Shown piece after piece: positions 25,410 to 38,680 of a stretch of 62,367 bases of DNA. The stretch spans positions 19,548,819 to 19,611,185 of the forward strand of contig MU054323.1 of the NCBI GenBank assembly GCA_013239625.1, written 5' to 3'. The notes under the pieces are model-generated. The model was not told where the DNA came from and did no database searches. It saw only the letters and a list, made by a program, of their open reading frames with translations. This DNA comes from Lama guanicoe (lineage: Eukaryota). A program made the position numbers and the translations under genes. The first letter of the stretch is position 1, and every line of letters starts with the position of its first letter.

Positions 25410-26760
25410 GAGGTGACAGGGTCTTTCAAAAGGGTCAATCTGACAAAAAAGAGTCATCTGGCTGCTGTGTTGGAAATGGACTGCAGACAAGCGAGTACAG
25501 ACACAAGGAGCCCCAGGAGGCTGCTGCAGGAATCCACGCAAGAGATGCCGGCGGATCGGTGACAGCAGACGAGTTGGTGATAAGTGGTCACATTCTGGAC
25601 AGAGCTTAAAGAGAAAGCCAACAGGACTTTCTGACTTTTTAAACATGAGGTGTGAGAGAAAGATAAGAATCAAGGATAACTCTAAGTTCCTTTTTTATTG
25701 GGGGGGGCTTAAATAATGGAATAATAGACTGCTGTTAACTAAGACAGGGAAGGCTACAGCTATTCTTCCAGGTTTGGCAACAACTGGGGGAACAGGAACT
25801 CAGTTTTGGACAGATTCAGTTTAAGAAGTCAATTAGACATCCAGGTGTAGATGCCAAGTAGACAGATGGATTTAAGAATCTGGAGTATAAAAATCTGAAC
25901 TGGATATATAAGCTTTGGGGTCACTGACATATAGATGGTGTTTATAGACATGAGACTGGGTGAGATCACCAAGGAAGTAGAAAAAAGTTGAGGATCAAGG
26001 ACTGAACCCTAGAACACTCCTATATTATGAGACCTGAGAGACCAAGAGGAATCAGCAAAGGAAGCCAACAAGGAGTGGCCAGGAGGATGGTATACTGAGG
26101 CCAAGCAGAGAAAGAGTGTCAAAGAGCCGGAACGGGACGTGGGCGGCAAATGCTACTAACAGTTCAAGTAAGAGTCAGACTGATAACTAACCAGAGGGTG
26201 TAACAACACGGAAGACTACCCTAGTCTTGACAAGAGCCATTTCTATGGAAGAATTTGAGGAAAAGCCCAATTAAGTAGGTTTAAGAAAAATCAGGACGCA
26301 AGAAACCAGAGACAGTGAGCATAGATACCACTTTCTAGGATTTTTGTTGCAGCAGGTGCAAAGAAATGGGGTGACAGCTGGTGGAGAAAGTGGACTCAAA
26401 AGAAGATTCCCTTTTTAGGATGGGAGATAGAATAATGTATTCATAAGAGTGATTCAGTAAAGAACACAAAAGTCAGTGATGTAAGAAATAAGTGGAGAGC
26501 TGTTGAGTCGGTGCCCTGGAAGAGCAAGAGGAGGATGGGACCTAGTACACAAGCGGAGGAGGTTGATGTGAATGTGAAGGATTGATGCTGGCAGGTGAGC
26601 AGACTGGAGAAGCATCTTTCAGGTGCTTTAATGTCCTCAATAAAGTAGGATGAATGGTCCCCAGCTTAAAGCAATGTTGAGAGAGGTGCTGGAGGTTTGA
26701 GAGAAGAGAGGGGATCTGAAATAATTGTCATCTGAGAGCAGGGAAGGAGAAGGAGTGTAT
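25410..26760 (-). mobile_element. L2 LINE body fragment
   Basis: ctggctgctgtgttggaaatggactg, aagaatcaaggataactctaag, ctcagttttggacag, agacatccaggtgtagatg, gagatcaccaaggaag. Confidence 0.8.
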
Positions 26761-27725
26761 CACTGATCTTCTACTTCTAACAGTAAGCACCCCAAATCCA
26801 CATGTAATACAATTCCTTCTATTCCAAGTGTGGAAGGAAAGAAAGGCACACATGATTTTGTCAAAAGGGGTGGTTATGCTGGTATAAGATATTTTCCTAT
26901 GCAGCATCTTTTTCAGAGACAGGTTTCCACATCGAAGAACAAACTGAACTATTTCCCAGTGAGGAGCTCCATGACTGCCTGCGGGTGGTGTAATGAAAGG
27001 ACAGGATGTCAGCCTTGAGGACGGAAACACTAAAGCCCCTTCTAAAGCCAAATCTCTGATGGCGGGGGCTGGAGTCAGAAGAGAGTTGGAACTGAGAATG
27101 CTAGGTAAAATCATCAGCATATAAAGCAATTTTTTTTTTTAAAGTAGAGGTAGCTTAAAAGGCTGGTGTCAGAAAAACACTTGGTTGGAATCTCGGGTTA
27201 ATGAAAAGCAGTATGGTTCGTAAACTCAGAAAGGACAGAGCGCCGTGATGAGGTCAGGCACAGCAGGACGTTGTCTGGGGCTGGAATGGGGATGCTCCAC
27301 CGACTGAAATGAGCCCAGACAAGCAGCAGATTCCTATGGAGAGGAGACCACCCAGTCGATCAGGGCTTGGCTCTACCTTGCCCAGGCCTCAGTCTTGACC
27401 TTCCCACCACTAAATAGCCTACCCATTTCCTCAGTCAGTTCTAACTGTTCACTGAACCACAACATCAAAGAATTTTCACAGCCTTTTATATATAAGGGCC
27501 CAAGCAGTGTAATGGGCACCATCGGGAGGTATCAAGACACTGGCCCCTTCAGTTCTATTTCGAGAGGTAGTCAGTGTCCTTGGCAAGAGGACTAGGGTGT
27601 ACAGACCCAGAAGCAGCAATGCCATATGGCCCAGAGTACCTGTAATGCGTTCTTTTCTGTCTCTCCAGGAAGGACATATTTCACTCCAATGGTAGGTGGA
27701 GCAGTTACATGGGAAGCCATAAAGT

Positions 27726-28281
27726 TGTATTTGTTCTCTATTGCTGTGTAATAAATTACCCTAGAGCATTGCATCTTAAACACACACTTATTATCTCACA
27801 GTTTCTGTGGATCAGGCATCTGGGGGCTGCACAGATGGTTCCTGTGACTCAGAGTCACAAGGCTGTGATGAAGATCAACTCTGGTGGCCGTCATCTCCAG
27901 ACTCACATGGACAAGGATTCGCTCCCAGGCTCACATGGCTGTTGGCAGCACTCAGTTCCCTGGGGGCTGTTGGACTGGGGGTTTCAGTGCCCCACTGGCC
28001 GTGGTCTGGAGACCTCTTTTGGCTCCTGGCCACATGGGCCTCCACAGGGCAACTCACAACATGGCAGATGGCTCCATCAGAGAAAGCAGGTGAAAGGGCG
28101 AGACGGGACAAGTGAGACAAAGTCACAGTCTTTTCTGTGACCCAATCTTGGAAGTGATATCCATTCTTTATGTCACACTCTGTTAGAAGCACATCACTAG
28201 GTCTAGCCCACACTCATGGCAGTGATACGAATGCCACCAGGTGGACATCACTGGGGGCCACTTTAGAGGCTGCCTACCATA
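27726..28281 (-). mobile_element. MLT1F-like solo LTR
   Basis: tctattgctgtgtaataaattacc, ttattatctcacagtttctgtggatcagg, cttggaagtgat, ttagaggctgcctacca. Confidence 0.85.
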
Positions 28282-29529
28282 ACGGTGAACTTGAAAACTA
28301 ACCAAAGTAGCTGCTAGAAGTATTCCCTTCAGACTGTTTGCCTCCATCCCCAGCTCTGAGCAGAATGCAGCTCAGAAATGAAGAGAGGCCAGCTATTCAC
28401 CTTCTAAAACACTGCCTTGCCTGAGCACAGTGCAGCCTCAGGGGCGCTGTTTTAATTCTTCCAAGGCATACAAGCCTCTAACTGCAGCCTTCTGGCTTCA
28501 GGCTCCTGCTCCCCACATTACTTATGCTCACAGCTCTCCTCAGCTCGCCTGGGCCCTCAGGACGCAAACTTTTTTTTTGAAGCCTTAGTTCATTCCTTGA
28601 CAGTTGCCACCATATTTCCATCTCTGCGGGCCTTTGCCCACTGCTGGGGACACAGTGCAGAGCGCCTCGCGTCAGGAGGTCTCCCCAGGGAGGCGCGTGC
28701 CTGACATGGCCTTCTCTTGCAAAATTCTAACCCATTCCACTTCCACCAAGAGGAAAATGAAAGGACGGATTAAGTAGGCAAGAGGCACTTCAGAGCATTT
28801 TCAAATTTCAGTTTAAACACAAATCTCCAAGCTTATATGAAGAGAACTGAAAAGCCAACTTGAAGCAGCATTTGCCAAAGAAATGAGTCATGAGGAATTT
28901 ATACCACACCAGAAACACTCACCTCCCTGGTCACTGTTCACATTTTACACAAGTGCAGCTACACCCCTGTCCAGACCTGCTGTGCCTGTGAATCTGCCCC
29001 TGGCGAGCAGAGTAAAGGATGGTGCTGGTGGCCCGAAACCTCTTCAGGACCAACCAGAGGCTTCCCTTCCCGGAGCCGTCTACAGCTTCAAGGAAGATGG
29101 AGGTGTGGGGAGTGACTGGTCTGCACACTTTGGTGTCACACAAAGCCAGGCTTGAATCTGGGTTCATTTTCTTAGTCCCAACCCAGGCAACCCAGGGCAC
29201 ATGCCTGAGCCTTCTGTGTTTAATTCACAACTTTTCTGGATTAAATGATGCAATTCTTGACACAGATCAGAGGCCAAGGAGCTGCCCCCTCCCTCTAAGA
29301 GACTTCTGCTGTCCCAGGGTTCCCAGTGCCTCTGGTTCCCAAGACTCCCCTAATCCTCTCTGCAGTGCACTTCATTTTTCCTCAGTCCTTCCCTCGAAGA
29401 CTCACCTCTGAAAGGGGCCACGCCAGGAAGCCCTCCTGAGAGAAGCCCTTGATAAAAGCGAGCTAGTGAGCTGGTCTGTGCTGTGGCATTCAAGGCTGTG
29501 AGGCCTCTCTCAGTTACCCACCCAGGGGC

Positions 29530-30950
29530 TCTCTGCTGTTAAATACAGACACATACCAACAACCTCAAGTCCTCTTCCAGATCTGCTCCAAACCTACAGT
29601 CTCTCTAATCTCGCCAATCCCCAGCCCTGGGGAACCCTAATCATCCATTTTATCCATGCCTGTTCCCAGGCTGTTGAAAATTATAAAAGCCGGCTGACCA
29701 GCTCCATTATAAATCTATGTTATTCCACCTCCGCTGCCCACTAATCCTTTTATTCATCCTTATTAACCGTCTATCCTGCTCCATATGGCAGCACTTTCAA
29801 TCTATCTACTCTCCTCTAATCTTCAAATGCCCCGTCCGCTTCTTTCTGCGTCTCCTACCTCACTGGAAAACAACGTCCCCTCCTTCGCCTCCCCCTGCCG
29901 GCACCTCAGAGTAGCTTCTTCACTTATTCTGCCCCTCTGGCCTCTCCCCAACTCCTCTCCTGGGCTGACAGTGGTGATCCTTGGGCTTCGGCTCCCACCC
30001 TTCAGGCCTCCGCCTAGATTCTGGGACGTTAATCAGCCCCTTGCCCTCTCGTGCATGCTCACCCCTTCCCTTTACCCCTCAGGGCAAGACTCCTTTTCCA
30101 GGTGTGCCCACATCAAGTGTCCCCCCCTCCATCCATCAACATCGCACGCAGATCACACTCACCACCCACGGTTCTCCGTCACTCATTCCGCTCCTGAGAG
30201 AGAGGCTTCCACATCAGACCCTGCACTGAAAGTGCTTTCTCCAATACCTTCAATATCTTCCTAAGTGGAAATCCTACGGTCTCATCTCAGTCCTCCCCCT
30301 GTCTGACCCCCCTGCAACACTGAAAGCAGCTCTCCTCTCCTTACACTGTTTTGATTCTCTTCTGTGCTCTCTTGTCCTACTTCCTCTACTGCTCCTTCTC
30401 CGTCTCCATCCCCCCAGTGCCTTTCTCCCCCTAGCCCTCAAATGTGGACATCTTAGAGGTCCTCTACTGATCTCCATTCCATGCACACCTCTCTCTGTGA
30501 AACTGTGCAACCTACCCCCTTGGGCCTAACTACTATCACACACCAACACAAAATACTCTTAAAACTGCCTGACCAGTACTGGCCTCACTTCTGGGTCTCA
30601 GTGCCTTCTGAGATTTCCAGATTCCTACCAAACACGACCCCAAAAGTTGCCTGTCTTCACTGCCAGCTCACCAGTTCTACAACCATTTTAGACCAGAAGT
30701 CACTTTCCCCACCAGGCCTCAAATAATCTCCTTCCCCTGTGTTCCTTCCCTTTAATCATTTTCTCTTCTTACCCTGTTTGTACAATTCGTTTCTTCCTCA
30801 GTTTACCTGCACAGAACTCCAGTTCCCCAAGTGACTGAAAGCCATCCAGTCACCAAGGCTGTTGATTCTTTCCCACTTCTGTTGGCACTTTATAATTCTG
30901 TCACTGAGACTTTGTTGCTGATGATTCATCTTGAAGCTCTCATTTCCCGC
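29530..30950 (+). mobile_element. L2 LINE body fragment(s)
   Basis: Pyrimidine-rich decayed L2-like sequence, e.g. ccctcaaatgtggac, ctccattccatgcacacctctct, catccagtcaccaaggctgttgattct. Confidence 0.55.
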
Positions 30951-30959
30951 AATGACGTA

Positions 30960-31132
30960 CAGTTCTCCCCCACCCCGTATCACAGGGGATTGGTTTCAGG
31001 AGCCCCAGGGGATACCCAAAACCACAGATGCTCAAGTCACTTACATAAAATGGAGGAAGACAATGAATAGTCAGCCCTCCACAAGTTTCACATCCACAAG
31101 ATGCAAAACAGGAGGATACAGAGGGCCGACTG
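30960..31132. mobile_element. MER2-type TcMar-Tigger MITE
   Basis: TA flanks (30958-30959, 31133-31134); ends cagtt...ccgtatc / ggatacagagggccgactg; internal cagatgctcaagtc. Confidence 0.8.
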
Positions 31133-33309
31133 TATATAACACAGCAGTAACTGAGCCACAGCAATGGCCACAAAGAATAAGATCAATCCACTGGAGAACT
31201 CCAGTGGCGGCAAGAGCAGGTTCACAATGGCTTCTACAAAGCACAGGGAGCTCCCCCACCCCCGACCCCAAGGGTCTGGTTACAAAGGAAGAGACCACCA
31301 GTAAGGATCGCAAGTCACAAACACGTATACACTTCAATTATTGCCTCAGGTTAGCAGAGCCTGCAAGAATAAAATTTATATTTAAGGACACTGAATAATG
31401 CTTTATCCAAAAGAAAAGTGCCTCGTCCTCTCAGGCAGAGCCACCAGGAAAGAGAACGTTTCTGCAAAGTATCGTGAGGGTTCCCATACGTGAGCACAAC
31501 TGTCTTTTTGTTTCTCCAGGTCATGACTGTGGAAGCAGACAGAGTATGACAGGGGATCCTTCCCATTTGAAAATCAGAGCTACCTTCCCAGTTTCCTACT
31601 GTGTCGGGGAAGAGAGTCGCTGTCTTAGTCTAGTCAAGGTGGAATCAGCTTACCAGGGATCTCAGATACAGGACAGAGTGCAGAAGAGACACTTCGTCCA
31701 GTCACCTTCAGCTGATTTTAAGGTTCTTGTGATTTATCAAAGCATCAAGCAAGACCGGAACACAGTTCTAAGCTAAGCATGTTTCCCTTACTGGCAACAA
31801 ACTTGTGAAACAGATGAGAAAGGACAGAGACCACCAGATGGCCATCAGCCAAGCGAGGCCAGCTTTGCTAACCAATGACTCAAACACATTTGTCACTCCT
31901 GCCTTCTGCATGCAGTTCCTGCATCTTAAAAACTCGGGGCTCCTGTTTCAGCCATCCTGTGTAGAAATAAGCAGTCTATTTTCCCTTCCTTCCATGCCGT
32001 ATATATCATTTTTCTTGCTAGTTTCATAGTGACTTACAGGGATTGCAGGCAGTGAAGAGTCAGCCATGATTAACTAAAGGAGATACCTCTGCATCACAGA
32101 CCATCCACTTCCTTCTCCAGCAATCTGAAGATGAAATCTCATTTCTTTGTCATTATTTCAGTACTTCTGAATTTCAGTAATGAATGAGACTTCCAGAGAG
32201 CATCTCTTTGTCTGGTGGTGAGTTCAAACTTTGGCAGTTAGAAGGGAAGGAGGGCAGAAGAGAAATTTTGCAAAGAGCACTGCCTACCAGGCCAGGCATC
32301 CCAGACAGCCTCTCCCTGCACCATAAAGACCCATCTCATCTTATGGACCGTCAAAGCCTTGCAGTGCTTCTCAAGTGGTAAGTCCAAGATAACGTATTTT
32401 GTAACTTGTGAAAGAACAGCTTCGAAGTCAACACTGGTAAGGCACTAAAGCCTCAAAGGGCAGTCACATGCTACCCTCATGACACACGCACCATCTCTGA
32501 GACTGTCTCTGGAGAAAAGAGCCAAACCAGCAGGAGAGCTAACGATGGAGGAGGAAGGCAGGGCCGGTTTCCCACCAAAGATGTAAGCAAATGTCTTCAC
32601 TGCCATGCCTTCCCGAGCCCCAGCACGGGAGCCCTCCCTCTGGGATAAATGATGTCTGCCTTTCCCTTCTTCTCTTCTCGCCACTGAGATCCCTTGTCCT
32701 CTGTCCTTCCCTAAGAATCCTGAGGGGCCTCTAGAACAAACGTAGGAACCTAACTCAGGCTATCCCTCCCAGACGACAAATCTCAGGACAGTTTACAACA
32801 ACCCACAACAAGCCACTGAGAGTACAGATCCATGACCAGGGATTAGTGTCAGGACGGGGGACCACAGTCAGGGGGAAAGGCACAGAATTCTGACCTCCTT
32901 CCTAAGTCACAAACTTAAGTGGTTTCCTTGTCTGATACACAGACAGCTCTCAGGAGGAAGCACTGATCACCTGAACCTACGAACACAGGTAGCAGGGAAC
33001 CTCCCTGCCGTCAGCCACCAGGAGCACCAGAGACACCGAGGAACAGTGAGTCACATCTCTTTTTCCCAGGCCTCTAGAGCCTCCCAGCACCTTTGGTCTG
33101 ATTCCACTAACAAAATCATCAGGAAAGAACTGGGTTGCTCACTAAGAATTTTCATATTTATTAAGTATAAAATCAAAAAACGAAAACAGTCCATTTTCGT
33201 GCTGATTCCGAGAAATAAAAATAACAACCACACATAGTACTTCCTAGGTTGCATGCATTATAACATCACCAAGTAAACAAAGAGGCCAGACAGTAAAGTG
33301 GTTATCCAG

Positions 33310-33690
33310 TTTTCTAGCTCTGGAGGACCTTGCACCAGTTACTTAATTTCTCAGTTTCTCTGTCTATAAAATGGGTATGATAAAGGCATCTGCAGTCCTA
33401 CAAAACCAGGTATCTCAATGCCAACATTATCAACAACTGGGCCTAGATTATTCTATGTTATGAAGGGCCATCCTGTGCCCTGCAGGATGCTTAGCAGTAT
33501 TCCTGGCCTCCAACCACGAGATTCCAGCCCCTGCCTCAGTTATGACAACCAAAATGCCTCCAGATATCACCAAATGTAATGCCTGAACTAAGGCACAATC
33601 GTCCTTGGTTAAGAATCACCGCTGTAGCGGAATAAGCAAATCAATACATATAATGTGTAGGCCTATTCCTGGCACATAGCAAATGCTCCA
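33310..33690 (+). mobile_element. MIR SINE split by MER20
   Basis: gaccttgcaccagttacttaatttctcagtttctctgtctataaaatggg before, cctggcacatagcaaatgctc after the MER20. Confidence 0.65.
33407..33623 (-). mobile_element. MER20 hAT-Charlie
   Basis: cctgtgccctgcaggatgcttagcagtattcctggcctc...gacaaccaaaatgcctccagatatcaccaaatgt. Confidence 0.85.
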
Positions 33691-34159
33691 TGACTCGACC
33701 CAGAGGATAACAGTCTGGAGAATAGAGACTGATTGTTCTCCAGCCAAGAGGGCTGCACTATTCTTACAGAAATCCTAGTAAAGTTACACATGTCTGAATC
33801 ACCCTCCTCCCCTCAAAGGCCTGGGTAACGAACCCGGGTGGCAACGACCACCTGACAAACCTGGGAGTACTTACTTGATTATCTCTGCCTCCTCTCTGCT
33901 GAATGCTACAAGCAATTTGTTGAAAATAACGTTCATTATCCCCCTCAATACTTGAATGCCTCTCAGCCAAAGACACAGAGAACGTTTTTATTGGATTTTA
34001 CAAACAATAAAAATAACCCATCTGGCCTCACTCTTTTTATCTTTGTTTAAGGCCATTTTGTTAGAATATCAAAAAATTTGGTTTCCCGACTGCAGAGGGA
34101 AGTGCTGTTGCATGTCAGTGACTCTCTGCTGCCCGGCGCTCTCCGATGCTTGGAAATAA

Positions 34160-35050
34160 CCAACACAGCCATTCCACTGACAGACAAGTCTCACTGTTAG
34201 AAAGTTTATCTTTCTCCCAGGCCTGACTCTCCCTTTTCGTAACCTCTCTGCGTATTTGCGGGGGGGGGGGGGGGGGAATTAGGTTTGGTTATTTGTTTGT
34301 TTAATGGCAGTACTAGGAATTGAACAGAGGACCTTGTGCATGGTAATCACACACTCTATCACTGAGCTATCCCCTCCCCACCCCGCACATTGTTTAGTCA
34401 AGTACTAACTATGTGGCTGCTCTGTGCAAACGCCATGGCCCTTAAGCCACATACATGCCCTACTCCCTTTGTGACAGAAACGCAGATAAATGAAGATAAT
34501 GACAATCCTCACTTTGGTCCTCTCTTCCCTGACTAAAAATAACCAGTTCAGTTCACAATTCCTCATAGACAGTGCTGTCCTGGCCCCTAACCGTCTCCTC
34601 CCCCTCCTTCAGAATCACTCTCATTTGTCAATGGACTGCCAAAATGAGGCGTCTGAACCGCACCCCACAGTTCTAGGTGTGATCTGACCAGTACAGAACC
34701 TGGAAGGACTATTACATTGCTGATCCACATGAGTCAACCTGTAATACAGCCCAGGACGGCTGTCTCTTAGCAGGCAAGGCCTCCCAGACTCTCACACTTG
34801 AAGACAAAGAACTCAGATCTTTTTCATGCAGATTCCCTCCCATTAAGTTTATGCACATCCTATATACTCTAGGTCATATTTTGAATCTATTGCTTGCAAT
34901 CTTGTCTTGAGTAGGGACCAGAATGCCAAGACAGCTTTGAATGTTGGTCCTATAAACCACGATCCAGGGTACTTTTTCCTCCCCCAATTTTTCTCAGCAG
35001 CTTTGGGTCCTCTTACATTTTGACTGACTGAATTGTTGTCTTCATCTAAA
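34160..35050 (-). mobile_element. L3/CR1 LINE fragments, interrupted by a SINE
   Basis: ccattccactgacagacaagtctcactgttagaaagtt and aggtgtgatctgaccagtacagaa...taatacagcccagga resemble antisense L3/CR1. Confidence 0.55.
34260..34379 (-). mobile_element. tRNA-Ala-derived SINE (camelid Vic-1-like)
   Basis: gtactaggaattgaacagaggaccttgtgcat...ctctatcactgagctatcccctcccc is the reverse complement of the SINE head; G17 corresponds to the SINE C-run. Confidence 0.85.
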
Positions 35051-35051
35051 T

Positions 35052-35277
35052 CAGAGGTAGGCGAATATACAGCCCCTGAGCCAAATCCATCCCACCACTT
35101 GTGTTGTAAATAAAGTTTTATTAGAACATAGTCCTGCTCATTTGCTTACATATGGTATGTGTGACTGCTTTCCCACGATAACAGCAAAGTTAAGTAGTGG
35201 CAACAGAGACCATATGGTCCCCAAACCAAAAATATTTACCATCTGGCACTTTACAGAAAAAGTATGCTGATCCCCAC
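35052..35277 (+). mobile_element. MER58A hAT-Charlie
   Basis: gtaaataaagttttattagaacatag...aaaatatttaccatctggcactttacagaaaaagt. Confidence 0.9.
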
Positions 35278-36169
35278 ACTAAAGCCTTGAAATATATAGA
35301 ATAGAATCAAGTCAAAGACAGGGTGCGGAGGGCTGACAGTTTATTACAAATGATTAATCAGCACATTTAGGAGCAATGGTTCACAGTTTTGAATTCATGT
35401 AAAAATGTGATCATTCCTAGGGTCCGTGCAGAATTAAAGACAAACTCTGCTCTTGGCACTGGCTGATCCTAATAATCCCATCAAAGTAAGAATGGGATTA
35501 ATCAAGGAATTAACTGTGGATTAATTAATTCAGGAATTGCTCTGCTATGATATAGATAGATGAAGGGGAAAATGGGGAAAAGAACAACTGAAGTTTGAAG
35601 CAATGACAGGAGGCTGGTGAGAATATCAATTCTAAGAAGCAGTCGGAGGCGCAGGACGCAGAGGGACCTCTGTGGAGATGTCCGGATTTGTTCTGATGGT
35701 GGTTAATACTTCCCATTCATGCTGGCCTGCACTTGCTGTGGTCTGTCCTTGCTCCAGAGGCACATAACTTGGAAAATTACCGTGGTCTCTGCCTGAAACT
35801 GCTATCAGACCGGCTCCCCTACTGTTGTGCCATAGGCAGGTAATTACTTACCACACCCAACACTGTATTGGAATCCGAAGTCTCGCGTGGTCGTAAATTC
35901 TCGCCTTAAATCCAGGCAACCCAAAGCCATCTGTCCCCTTTTAAACCCTATGCCCTTTTCTCATTTCCAACTAACAGATCCCACAGCGGATTCCTAGAGC
36001 CAGAGCGGTCTAGATTATGCAAAGTAGGGCTGACTGCTGAAAGAAAAAAGTTATGTTTGCATTTGAAAACACATACACACTAAAAAGAACCCAGTTGCTA
36101 ACAAACGTTAGGCCTGATACACTGAGCCTGAAAACATCTGGGAATGGGTCATTCACCAGAGAGGGAGAG

Positions 36170-36390
36170 AATCTTGCCAAGGTTAAGCTCGTGGGCTTTG
36201 GTATCTGGCAGACCTGGAATGGAATTTGACCTGTTATTTGAGCCCTCCAAGCCTCAGTTTCATCTGCAAAATGGAGATAATTGTAATGCTTCCTCGGAGC
36301 CATGGTAAGAATAAATGACAGAATGCACACAGAGTCCCTAGCACCTGGCACCTGTAAGTATCCAGTAAGTGCTCATTAGCATTGTTGTCA
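36170..36390 (+). mobile_element. MIR SINE
   Basis: gcctcagtttcatctgcaaaatggagataat...cctggcacctgtaagt. Confidence 0.75.
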
Positions 36391-36754
36391 TTATCTGTAT
36401 GTTCATATTAACAAGTACACAATAGAAATCTTTGGAAATCAAACGTTTTCTGAAACAATGCCCAAAGCACCCCTTTCTGAACCACAGCCCTGAAACTTCA
36501 TGCTCACATAAACACAAGGACATACAAGTTTTTAGCTTTTCCCAAGGCAAGAAAACAAGCAATGATGCAGCTGTGGAGGGAATGTTTTCCATCCACCTAT
36601 AATATGCTCATAAAAGAAGTCATTCTGTCATTAAACAAGTAACTGCCTTTGTTTTATTACTTCTCCAAATAAAAATCACCCATGTCGAACCTAACAGCCA
36701 GCTGCCCAGTAGTCCCCAAATCCTCCAGTCTTACTGTGTAACCCTTACTGTAAT

Positions 36755-37358
36755 ATTCGTATTAAGATACAGGGTCAACTGCTTAAAAAAGAGAGAGATA
36801 CAAAAACACAGTGGCTCCAACAAGACAGAAGTTTATCTCACTCTTACGGAAACAGTCCAGAGATAACACAGGGGGTTAGGTGACTCTGCTCCACAAGAAC
36901 ACCCAGGTACCCAGGCTCCTTCTACTTTGTTGTTTTCCTGTCTCCTGTGGCCCCTGGACCAGCAGCATTAGCATGAGCCAAGAGCTAGTTAGAAACACAA
37001 ATTCTCATGCCACACCCCCTCCCACCACAATCTGTGCTTTGACAAATAAGACTTGTCGGTGCTGTCCTTATCTTGGTGGTCAAAATGGACTTACTGCTAA
37101 TTCCATGCTCTAGACCATGGAAGGAGGAACAGAGGCGATGAGAGACAAGTCATGTACTGTCAAAAGAGTCAAATGGAAATTACACACATTGCACCTTCTG
37201 TTCGTCTTCACTAGCAAGATGCATGGTCAAAGGGACACATCTAACTGTAAAGCAAATGTCATCTCTAGCAGGGTAGCCATGTGCCTGGGTGAAACTAGGG
37301 GAGTTCTAGGTTAAAAGCAAGAATAGATGTTGGGGAACAATTAGAAGTTTCTGCCACA
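36755..37358 (-). mobile_element. MLT1J-like LTR containing a MER5-like fragment (about 36945-37050)
   Basis: cagtggctccaacaagacagaagtttat...gtttctgccaca; insert ggaccagcagcattagcat...gctagttagaaacacaaattctc. Confidence 0.7.
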
Positions 37359-38454
37359 CTACTAGGAGAAATGGCTACAGCCTCCTCGTCCCCACACAGT
37401 GGGAAACCCAACACCCCCAATATCTCTCAAAGAGGTTGCATTATTTCCTCCAGTTTTAACTTCTCCCACTCCCTAAATAATTATCTTAGTCATATCAGTC
37501 CTCTTCAGGCTATTCTTTTCTTTGCTTCCTCCTCTAGTCTCTTTCCTTCCTTTCCCTAAACCCTTCCACAAGAGCAGTGACGTGAAACAGTGATGACGGG
37601 GGACACTACTGCACAGCAGATAACCTACAAAGACAGCCTTGTTCCAAAGCTCCCCTTGACCATTCCTCCCAGAACCTCTCCCTGGTCAGCTTTTTTGCTT
37701 TCCTCTATCTCTGAGCAACTCATCCCCTCATTTCTCAGCCACCCATGGGACTCTAACATTGCTCCAGCTTCTGGTAAAGAGAAATTCTGTTCTCTCTTGG
37801 ACTCTGACTCAGCCAGTAGGGGTAGGAAGGCAGAGGGATCAGAAGCATCCCCTCATACCCAAAGAGAATAATAGTAAATTTTCCTAAACGAAGGCAGCTC
37901 TCACTCTAACAGGAATTCTGCTACCAGCTTAGAAACAACACGTTTTTTTTCTCCACCCAAAAATACATCATGGTGCCATCCTGCATGGCTGTTCATCTCG
38001 GAAGCACAATGAATGTTTTCCCAGTGGTAATGCTGTCGGAGTCCATGTAAATGTAAGTCAACCAAATCAAAGGGATTCAGGAGGAGAGGTTACACAGTAA
38101 GTAGCATTCACTTCACGTGTTTGTTTTCCATTCTTTAAAAAGGGCTCTTCAAGATGAAACTTGACTCTGAAATGGCAAGGACTTATTTACTGAAGCCTGG
38201 TTTCTGGACAAGCACTTTCTCCTGTACTATCAACGGGCTGTTTCACTTAGTTACCAATGAGAAAAGAAAAGGTTTAGTTAATTTAAATCTTTAAACAAAA
38301 GAAGTATAGGGTTAAAAAGCTAAAACAGCACAAGGAAGCACAAAATCAAAAGGCAACACCTCTCGCCCTGCTCTGTTTCTCCACAAAGGTTATTTGTTAA
38401 CAACTCCATGTGCTTCCTTCCAGGAAAAAAAATGCATATTATAATGATCATGGG

Positions 38455-38680
38455 GAAGCATTTATTAGAAATTTACTCTGTGCTACACACGGTACTAATC
38501 ATTTTACATGTAAGCATGTAACCCTCACGACAACCTTCTGATGGAGCCCACACTTTATAGGTGAGGAAACTGAGACACAGGGAGAGACTTGGGCAACGGG
38601 CCAAGGTCACACATCAAGCAGCGGAGGGGAGAATGCGCCCAGGCAGGTGGACTCCAGAGTCCAGGCTCTAAAGCGCCACA
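38455..38680 (-). mobile_element. MIR SINE
   Basis: cccacactttataggtgaggaaactgagacacagg...ccaaggtcacac. Confidence 0.75.

Noticed and set aside
27709..28213. Overlapping 100-143 aa ORFs
   Set aside because: Entirely within an MLT1 LTR; no protein similarity
29717..31398. 155-159 aa ORFs
   Set aside because: Overlap decayed L2 and MER2 sequence; chance frames with no recognisable domain
31829..31846. CTCF-like CCACCAGATGGCCA
   Set aside because: Last two core positions mismatch; equally explained as an E-box
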